The position numbers and the translations under genes were made by a program. The notes under the pieces were generated by a model, which did not search any database, was not told the DNA's origin, and saw nothing but the letters and a program-made list of their open reading frames with translations. A stretch of 59,568 nucleotides of DNA, the filler included. It is 7 parts of 7 records of this genome, joined end to end, with 100 filler letters (N's around TTAATTAATTAA, not from the genome) between each part and the next. Parts side by side here need not be neighbours in the genome. Positions count along the whole stretch, not along the records: positions 47,024 to 53,333 come from SRR31156797_64767; positions 53,434 to 59,568 come from SRR31156797_64775; 5 more parts are not named here. One strand, 5' to 3'. This document shows positions 52,827 to 59,568 of the stretch, piece by piece (the stretch's first letter is position 1; each line of letters begins with the position of its first letter).

Positions 52827-53189
52827 TTACAGGTTGCCCATCTCCACAGGCCGTTTCACAACGATCAGGAGCATTTTAAACCGGGCGGTGGCATACAGCG
52901 CATGGGGCACATCCGCCGGCATGACCACGGCCTGGCCCGCAGTGGCCATGATCTCCTTTCCGCCCACGTCGATCCGGGCCTCACCGTCCAGAATCTGGAC
53001 CATGGCATCCCCGGGTGCGGAATGGGCACTGATCTCTTCGTCTTTGTCAAAGGCAAACAGGGTAATGCCGACAGACGCCTGACTTGACAGGGTCCGGCTC
53101 ACCACCCGCCCTTCTTCATAGTCCACGAGAGCTGCAAAATCAACCGCTTCTGCAAAAGGAATGTTTTTAATCAGCGCTTTCTTATTCAT
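52827..53189 (-). CDS. Cupin-domain protein
   Basis: VVSRTL, TLFAFD, SAHSAPGDA, MPADVPHAL; RBS GGAGG. Confidence 0.9.
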   Translation of the reverse strand: MNKKALIKNIPFAEAVDFAALVDYEEGRVVSRTLSSQASVGITLFAFDKDEEISAHSAPGDAMVQILDGEARIDVGGKEIMATAGQAVVMPADVPHALYATARFKMLLIVVKRPVEMGNL

Positions 53190-53306
53190 GATAAATCCTC
53201 CCAATGGATTTCAAATTCAAATGGTTAAACCAGCCGGGCCGCTTTCAAACCGATAAAAGCACCCCCGATGTTGAGACCAGTATGCCAGGTTCCATGGGTC
53301 AATTCA

Positions 53307-53320
53307 TTGATCCAGATCAA
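53307..53320. promoter_or_regulatory. FNR/Dnr/HcpR-type binding site
   Basis: Perfect TTGAT-ccag-ATCAA; minus-strand -10-like CATACT (53284-53279) at class II spacing. Confidence 0.75.
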
Positions 53321-53333
53321 AAAAAACAAAAAA

Positions 53334-53433
53334 NNNNNNNNNNNNNNNNNNNNNNNNNNNNNNNNNNNNNNNNNNNNTTAATTAATTAANNNNNNNNNNN
53401 NNNNNNNNNNNNNNNNNNNNNNNNNNNNNNNNN
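53334..53433. other. Artificial contig linker
   Basis: 44 N + TTAATTAATTAA + 44 N. Confidence 0.98.
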
Positions 53434-53573
53434 ACCCCTCCGGGGTAGTTTTCACGTTAATCCACGATGAGCCAAAAATCTAAGGTTCCTCAGATTCTAC
53501 CACAAAATTGACCGAAAATAGAAAAAAAGAAATTGCACGAGGGAACATGATAACCTTGGGGCGAGCGCTTGCC

Positions 53574-54587
53574 CTATTTCATCTGTAGCAGCATCTCATA
53601 AGCGGCTTTTATTTCCACAAAACGGCTGCTCTCCCCTCCCCTGTCGGGATGGGTTTTTTTGGCCAGCCGCCGGTAACACCGGGTCAGCTTCCGCCGGTCC
53701 ATTTTCTTGAAATCATCAAGGGAAATCTCCAGACACCGGCAGGCGGCCTCCTGTGAAACGGAGGGGCGGGATTTGGGTTTACGGTGGAACCGGTGTTTCC
53801 ACATGAAATCTTCCACATATCGGTTCCAGATGGTTCCCGGAACGAATTCGTTGTCAAAATAGAGGATCAGATACTTGATCAGGTAGGGATGGAGCGATTG
53901 CCGGTCGTGGGGGGCGACACCGTTGAAAAAGTATTCATCCCGGTTGAGTCCGCAGAGATCTTCCATGAAAAATTCATCCACCCTTTCCGGATCGAGGGCT
54001 GAGGGGTGGTTCCGCGTAAAAAGGTTGTGAAAGTGGTTTTGAAGGTGAAAGGCCGTATAGACGTAAACCCGCTGTTCATGGGGCTTGAGGGCCAATTCCA
54101 TCTGCTCCATCATGGCCTCGATCTCATCCCTGCTTTTTTCCGCAAGAACCTGAAGAAATCTAAAGGGACGGCGGTCCAGGTCTCCCATCTGGACGCGGCC
54201 GAATCGAAGGTAATGAAACCTGCGCTTATCAAAAGAATGGAGTTTCTTTTGTTGTTCCAGCACTTCTTGGGCCGAAAGAGCGCCCCAGGGTTTAGAGGAT
54301 TCATTGGGACGTTCAAACCGTTCTACAATCCTTCGAATATGGGGATCCAGAAAGGGCATGAGAAGTGATTCCAGTTCATCTTCCGAGAAACATTCAGCCA
54401 TTCCCTGAACCCTTTCCAAAAAGGATTCCTTAACATGAAAGCTGTTCCCCCCCGGATATTCAATGTAAACCCCGGGGTCGGCTCCCAGATCCATCAGGGG
54501 CCGGTGTTTCCAGCATCCTTCCTCACGGCGGGATTCCGAAAGGATGTAGTGATAGCCATCCCGTGCATAGACTCTTTTAAGATACAA
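53574..54587 (-). CDS. Protein with C-terminal DnaJ (J) domain
   Basis: YRRLAKKTHPDRGG...FVEIKAAYE. Confidence 0.85.
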   Translation of the reverse strand: MYLKRVYARDGYHYILSESRREEGCWKHRPLMDLGADPGVYIEYPGGNSFHVKESFLERVQGMAECFSEDELESLLMPFLDPHIRRIVERFERPNESSKPWGALSAQEVLEQQKKLHSFDKRRFHYLRFGRVQMGDLDRRPFRFLQVLAEKSRDEIEAMMEQMELALKPHEQRVYVYTAFHLQNHFHNLFTRNHPSALDPERVDEFFMEDLCGLNRDEYFFNGVAPHDRQSLHPYLIKYLILYFDNEFVPGTIWNRYVEDFMWKHRFHRKPKSRPSVSQEAACRCLEISLDDFKKMDRRKLTRCYRRLAKKTHPDRGGESSRFVEIKAAYEMLLQMK

Positions 54588-54822
54588 TTCGGGTTGCTCC
54601 TTAACCTCAGTGGTTAATTATTTTCTAAATAGATTTTCCTTGACATTCTTCCGCTTTCAAATATTATCCCCACCATAATGGTTGTTTTATCCATACAAAC
54701 CTGGGAGAACCATTCACCGGAGGTTTTCACATGGAGCATCCCATCAAGACCTGCCTGTTCCGCTCCCCCGAAACATCTTTTTATCGGTGGGGAGCGAAAA
54801 TCTACAAAAACATCTCGGCGAT

Positions 54823-55818
54823 TCACAAAAGCCCGTCCAGGGGGCTCTGCACCACGGTAATGTCCTTTTCCATGACATGGGTATAGATTTCGGTGGTCTT
54901 TACATCCGCATGTCCCATGAGTTCCTGAACCACCCGAATATTGACCCCGTTTTCCAGCAGGTGCGTGGCAAAAGAATGCCTAAATGTAAGACAACTCACG
55001 GGTTTGGTCAATCCCGCCTTGCCCACGGCGGCTTTTACCGCTTTTTGAAGCCCCGATTCCAACACATGGTGGCGTCTTGTTTTGCCGGACCGGGGGTCCC
55101 TGGCGCGTTTCTTTGAGGGGAACACATATTGCCAACCCAATGATGTGGCGGCACCGGCGTATTTGCGGGCAAGGGCGCTGGGAAGATAGACTTCCCCGTA
55201 ACCATCGGCCAGGTCCTGTTGATGCAGTTTTTCAACGGATGCCACCTGGGTTTGCATAAGGGGGTGAAGGGATTCCGGAAAAAGGGTGGTGCGGTCCTTG
55301 CCGCCCTTGGCGGCCCGAATGTATATTAGCCTGCGATCGAAATCAAGATCGCGGATCCGCAACCGGATGCATTCCATGAGCCGCAGGCCGCCGCCATAAA
55401 GCAGTTTCGCCATAAGCAGATGCAACCCCCGCATGTGCTCCAGTACAATGGAGACCTCCCGTTGGCTCATGACCACCGGAGGGCGGCGATGCCTTTTTGC
55501 ACGAACAGGATCAAGATGTTCGTCAACCGGAATGAGCAGCACTTTTTTGTACAGGAAAACGATGGCGTTGAGGGCCTGTCGCTGGGTGGCGGCGGCGACA
55601 TTTTGTTGAACGGCCAAATGGGACAGGAAGGCTTCAATCTCTCGTTTACCCATTTTTCGGGGATGGGTTTTAGCACCGTGGTACCGGATGTACCGCTTGA
55701 TCCAATCGCAATAGGTTTGTTCCGTGCGATAGGCATAGTGATGATAACGCAAAACCTGCCTCACCTCATCCATGAGGCGAAGACCGGGATCCGGTCGGAA
55801 TATCTTTGAATTTTCCAT
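54823..55818 (-). CDS. intI: Integron integrase (tyrosine recombinase) with His-to-Leu change in the HxxR motif
   Basis: YAYRTEQTY, TQRQALNA, LLYGGGLRLMEC, KGGKDR, IntI-specific insert (VYLPSALARKY...WQYVFPS), SC-L-TFRHSFATHLL, LMGHAD..TTEIYTHV. Confidence 0.95.
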   Translation of the reverse strand: MENSKIFRPDPGLRLMDEVRQVLRYHHYAYRTEQTYCDWIKRYIRYHGAKTHPRKMGKREIEAFLSHLAVQQNVAAATQRQALNAIVFLYKKVLLIPVDEHLDPVRAKRHRRPPVVMSQREVSIVLEHMRGLHLLMAKLLYGGGLRLMECIRLRIRDLDFDRRLIYIRAAKGGKDRTTLFPESLHPLMQTQVASVEKLHQQDLADGYGEVYLPSALARKYAGAATSLGWQYVFPSKKRARDPRSGKTRRHHVLESGLQKAVKAAVGKAGLTKPVSCLTFRHSFATHLLENGVNIRVVQELMGHADVKTTEIYTHVMEKDITVVQSPLDGLL

Positions 55819-55962
55819 ACTATTTAGTATATCGGACAATAGGTGGAAAAATCAATGGTTAATTTTCCATATTTGCACTCTTAATATATCAATAGATGGA
55901 AAATTTTCCATTCTATAAAGGCAATAGACGGAAAATTCTCCATCTATTGCAACCGTCGGCAT
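55809..55962 (+). other. Putative attI / integrase promoter region
   Basis: Lies between divergent intI and first cassette; repeated (A)TGGAAAATT motifs, 30-bp imperfect palindrome 55921-55950, then AACC-GTCGGCAT at the cassette boundary. Confidence 0.65.
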
Positions 55963-55975
55963 ACAAGGAAAATGA

Positions 55976-56725
55976 ATGACAGAAATTAGAAATCGACTCT
56001 ACAATGATCTTTCATGGCTCTGGCCAATGTGGGGCTCTCCTTCTGAATACCGGCAATACTGTAAAAAGGTGACGCATCTTATTGATATCTATTCAGACCG
56101 AGAACTAAAGACACTGCTTAATGTTGGATGTGGCGGGGGCAAGAATATATTTAATCTCAAAGAACGATTTAAAGTTGCCGGATTAGATAGCAGCCAACCG
56201 ATGCTCGATCTCGCATCTGAATTAAACCCTGAATGTGAGTTCATCCAAAAAGACATGCGAGATTATTTCCTTGATCGCAAATTCGATGTTGTTTTGATTG
56301 ATGATTCCGTCAGTTACATGACTTCTGAAAGAGATTTATTTGCCGTCTTTCAAAGAGCATACGAACATTTGAAAGCTGATGGCATAATGTTAGTGGGGCC
56401 AGATTTTACAAAAGAAAGTTTTGTCCAAAACTCGACACAAACAACACATTCTGTATCGCTGGAAAAAGCAAGTGATATAGATGTAATATTTATAGAAAAC
56501 AATTTCGATCCTGTTTTATCTGATACAACCTATGAAGCTCTTATGATCTATGTAATTCGTGAGAATGGAAAATTAAGAATAGAAAAAGACATGCACATTC
56601 ACGGTTTGTTTTCGATTGATACTTGGAGGAAATTGTTACTGGACGCTGGATTCCATTTTAACGAAGAAATTTATGTCGAAAATGGCAAAGAGTACACGGA
56701 ATTTGTTTGTTTAAAGCGGGCATAA
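55976..56725 (+). CDS. Integron gene cassette: class I SAM-dependent methyltransferase
   Basis: LLNVGCGGG, DMRD, DSVSY; AT-rich, no room for a promoter, followed at once by attC. Confidence 0.9.
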   Translation: MTEIRNRLYNDLSWLWPMWGSPSEYRQYCKKVTHLIDIYSDRELKTLLNVGCGGGKNIFNLKERFKVAGLDSSQPMLDLASELNPECEFIQKDMRDYFLDRKFDVVLIDDSVSYMTSERDLFAVFQRAYEHLKADGIMLVGPDFTKESFVQNSTQTTHSVSLEKASDIDVIFIENNFDPVLSDTTYEALMIYVIRENGKLRIEKDMHIHGLFSIDTWRKLLLDAGFHFNEEIYVENGKEYTEFVCLKRA

Positions 56726-56729
56726 TGAT

Positions 56730-56791
56730 GCCGAACATCGCAATGCACAGGACCGCTCGTGCCTCACGGCCTGTGATCGCGGGCGTTAGGC
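56730..56791 (+). mobile_element. attC recombination site (62 bp)
   Basis: R'' GCCGAAC, 5-nt spacer, ATgCACAGGaCCG pairs with CGGCCTGTGAT leaving two extrahelical bases, R' GTTAGGC. Confidence 0.92.
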
Positions 56792-57228
56792 GGTAATATG
56801 AATAGGATTTCCTTTAGCTGCATCAAGGCGTTCTAAATATTCGAGAATTCGTTCATGATTAACAAGACTTTGGCTGTTACCCTTTTTTTATCCATGTCAA
56901 TTCGGGCTTCATATTCTGAAATCAAGTCACGGGTACTATCTGCCTGAGTCAGAAAGTTAGTACCGTAAGGAAGGTGACTCGGATCAAAGGACAATATTGC
57001 ATGATCGAGCAGAGATATTTCACCAGCATTATATAATTCTTGCGACAAATTGACGGTTTCTTCGATGGTTATGTTGCGAACATCGTATTTTGAGGCCATT
57101 TTGCGCCAAATAGATTCAGGTTCTATTTGGTTTTTTTCTGAAACCTCTAAAGAAGACTTTACGGTATTGCTTTTTGTTTGGGGGCCTATTGAAAATATTC
57201 CAGCAGAGACAATATTGTTAATTTCCAT
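56786..57228 (-). pseudogene. Hypothetical protein gene with probable 1-nt frameshift at an A7 run
   Basis: RBS GGAG + ATG 57228. The annotated frame stops at 56833; the shifted frame continues GNSQSLVNHERILEYLERLDAAKGNPIHITA and stops at the TAA inside GCCTAAC. Confidence 0.6.
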
Positions 57229-57273
57229 GTTCATCTCCATTTTTGTTTTATCGATTATTTTTGATTCTAAAAT

Positions 57274-57289
57274 AGCAACATTTGTGCCA
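57274..57289 (-). promoter_or_regulatory. Sigma-54 (-24/-12) promoter
   Basis: Minus strand TGGCACAAATGTTGCT, matching the TGGCAC-N5-TTGC consensus. Confidence 0.85.
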
Positions 57290-57403
57290 AATATGGAGCA
57301 TGATATAATCAATTGATATAGTAGATAAATTTAGAATATACATATACTTTTATGATTTTTAGAATCAGGAACTTTTTTCCGTTCAGCGGAAAAAATAGAC
57401 GAG

Positions 57404-57500
57404 TGACGAGGGGACGCCCTTTATGACGAGGGGACGCCCTTTATGTCTTTATATTTGTCGATAATCACGAACCTTAATACAAAAATATAAAGGACGTCCC
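57404..57500. repeat. 20-bp tandem duplication plus inverted copy (REP-like)
   Basis: TGACGAGGGGACGCCCTTTA x2 (57404-57443); inverted ATAAAGGACGTCCC (57487-57500). Confidence 0.85.
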
Positions 57501-57921
57501 ATCAGCCCAACCGATGAGGCGTCGCGGACCATCTCTTTTAAACACAATGGGTCTGGCCATCACGCTCAAGGTGGCATGCATTCAGTACAATCTTACCAAG
57601 ATTCTGGTTGTCGCTTCGGGGAATAATGCCACTCAGGATACCGATCATGCGGTGAACGGCATTTTGCGGGTTTGCAAAGAAATCGGCGCCCATTGCCGGC
57701 TCCCGAATGAATAATCGGCTAAAAGAAACCGGGAAGCTGAGAAAAGAACTCTTAAGATCACGGCACTTTTCTTTTGACTCCCAAAACCTCAATACCATAT
57801 TGTTCGAAACTGTCTAAAAACCTTGTACCAATTATTGCCATGGGCTTGAGCGCATTACGGCAGGCTTATGGGCAAATTATCTATGGGCAGGAGAAGATTG
57901 CCCTTTCTTGAGGAGGCTATC

Positions 57922-59478
57922 ATGCTGCAGCAGCTATACAAGACAATGGCTTGGCGGGGGATTACAAGGCGTCAATGGTTAAAGGCATCGGGAATGGGCT
58001 TGGGCGGCCTGGCACTCGGGCGGTTTGTTGCCGGATGCAGCAGAGGCACGACTACAAAAGCGGAATTGGTCCGCCCTAACAACGCCTGTGGATACCCCAA
58101 CGGCATTCCCACGGCGGCCTACGGTTATGCCGCAGACTTAATTAACAGCGGCGCCATATACACGACCGATATGCAGAATGACCTGGACTCTGATGAAATG
58201 AGGATCACGTTCCTGGGCTCCGTCTTTCCGCCCACCCGGAGGGCCCAGGAGATGATGAGCATTTTCGTAGAAGTCGGCCCCTGGGTCGAAAATGTTGACG
58301 GCGGATTTGGACATGCCACAGACTCATTTGTTTTCGACATCGGGCCGGGCTCCATCACCAACTACAATGCAATGGGCATCAGCGCGAGCCGAATGAACAA
58401 AGTTTTCATTTCGCACCTTCATGGCGACCATATGGGCGATTTGACTTACCTCTACTGTTTCGGGCCTGCGGCCGACCGCAAGTTTCCTCTCTACGTGTTT
58501 TCCCACGGGCCATCCGAAGTTCCCAACCCAACCGCTCCCCCCGAATTGTATGACGACGGCGTGATCGCATTTTGTCAGCATTTCAGAGAAGCGATGCGCT
58601 GGCACACCGAGAGCTTCAGCTTTCTTCAGACGGGCTGGACTAACTACCCTGTACCGTCTAAAAACGACTGGGGGCTGCCGCATGAGCCCACACCCGTCGG
58701 GACCGACCCGGCCAACGACGGTTACGCTCTGGTACCCATTGAACTACCTTGGCGAAAAGTAGGAGGCGTTGCCTATGATAATCCCACGACCGGAGTTAAA
58801 ATTACTCACTTTCCGGTTATACACTGCCGCCAAGGCTCCATAGGGTACAAACTGGAGTGGAACGGCCTTACGATGATCTACACCAGTGACACAAGGCCCG
58901 AAACCAATTGCATCGCTCAGGCGAAGAACCCGGATCCAATCACCGGAATTCCGCGCGGGGTCGACGTATTCATTCATGAGATGATTCTGCCTCCTGAGCT
59001 TTTGACCATGAAAAATCTGGGGTATCAATTTCCCCCACCGCCGGGAACAAACCCGGCTTTCGACCAAGCCGTCGATATAATGTCAGATATCGAAGAGAGT
59101 TCCCATACACCGCAGGGCGCATTCGGCTACCTTCTGAGCCGTATCGATCCAAAGCCCAAGCTGTCTGTTCTAGCCCATTTCCCCGTTGCAGACGATACTG
59201 TAGAGTGCGCCCTAAAGAGTGTGAAGAATCACTTTCCTCAGGGCGACTATCCTGTTCTTGGCAGGGATATTGTCTGGGCTACCGATCTCATGGTGCTTCG
59301 GGTCAAGAAGTCTGGAATCACCCAGTTGATGGGTCAGGTTTCTGATTACACCTTTAACCCGCCCATGAATAATTATTCTCCGTTGAATCCGCCGAAGTAC
59401 GCGACTCCGACCATGCAGCTGGATGAGACAACGCTCATCAAACCTGGGGACAATACTTATTGTGAGAACGGGTATTGA
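57922..59478 (+). CDS. Tat-exported lipoprotein, MBL-fold (RNase Z/GntH-like) metallo-hydrolase
   Basis: RBS GAGGAGG; TRRQWLK twin-arginine; lipobox VAGC; ITFLGS; HLHGDH; YTSDT; FIHE; SHT. Confidence 0.85.
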   Translation: MLQQLYKTMAWRGITRRQWLKASGMGLGGLALGRFVAGCSRGTTTKAELVRPNNACGYPNGIPTAAYGYAADLINSGAIYTTDMQNDLDSDEMRITFLGSVFPPTRRAQEMMSIFVEVGPWVENVDGGFGHATDSFVFDIGPGSITNYNAMGISASRMNKVFISHLHGDHMGDLTYLYCFGPAADRKFPLYVFSHGPSEVPNPTAPPELYDDGVIAFCQHFREAMRWHTESFSFLQTGWTNYPVPSKNDWGLPHEPTPVGTDPANDGYALVPIELPWRKVGGVAYDNPTTGVKITHFPVIHCRQGSIGYKLEWNGLTMIYTSDTRPETNCIAQAKNPDPITGIPRGVDVFIHEMILPPELLTMKNLGYQFPPPPGTNPAFDQAVDIMSDIEESSHTPQGAFGYLLSRIDPKPKLSVLAHFPVADDTVECALKSVKNHFPQGDYPVLGRDIVWATDLMVLRVKKSGITQLMGQVSDYTFNPPMNNYSPLNPPKYATPTMQLDETTLIKPGDNTYCENGY

Positions 59479-59568
59479 ATTTAAAATAATTAGCTACTTA
59501 GGAACGTGCAGGAAATAAGACCCTCAGTAGGAATGGGGCGCCCTTAACTTATTAACTTGCTCGTTAAG

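Noticed and set aside
53434-53480. Possible IS terminal repeat at the contig start (GGCTCATCGTGGATTAA on minus strand)
   Set aside because: No transposase or partner end in the window; cannot be supported
56883-56889. Classical A_AAA_AAG programmed -1 frameshift
   Set aside because: In-frame codons are AAA AAA AGG, so the heptamer is out of phase; a deletion, polymerase slippage or sequencing error is more likely
57404-57445. Direct repeats as a CRISPR array
   Set aside because: Two abutting 20-bp copies with no spacer and no cas genes
57505-57560. GCCCAAC as a second complete attC
   Set aside because: I could not find matching L boxes or an R' GTTRRRY at a suitable distance; at most a remnant

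Overview
The window is not one locus. It is seven contigs joined by identical artificial 100-bp linkers (44 N + TTAATTAATTAA + 44 N), so gene neighbourhoods are meaningful only within a contig. Contig 1 (1-5917, AT-rich, Bacteroidota-like): pflB-pflA-focA, a stand-alone carA with ARG boxes, a lipoprotein and an ABC ATPase. Contig 2 (6018-12936, Bacteroidota-like): T9SS cargo tail, serine hydrolase, TPR-AraC regulator, AAA_14/DUF4143 ATPase, an MDR oxidoreductase and a structured non-coding tail. Contig 3 (13037-31220, GC-rich, alphaproteobacterial-like): a surface-polysaccharide cluster with two asnB-type amidotransferases. Contig 4 (31321-37650): katG 5' end, a PerR/Fur regulator, DedA and a 1134-aa TM0106-type nuclease-helicase. 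Contig 5 (37751-46923, Desulfobacterota-like): flgBC-fliEFGHIJ, a probable fliK and a sigma-54 activator. Contig 6 (47024-53333): YfiR plus histidine kinase, NhaC, TetR, gene remnants and a cupin/Fe-S operon with an FNR/HcpR-type box. Contig 7 (53434-59568): a J-domain protein, an integron and a Tat-lipoprotein MBL hydrolase. The most notable element is the integron. Its integrase has Leu in place of the catalytic His, its attI core lacks the invariant GTT, it has one textbook attC cassette, and the attC core overlaps the inferred stop codon of a reverse-oriented, sigma-54-driven, frameshifted gene. Taxonomic and family assignments come from motif recognition by eye, not from database searches.
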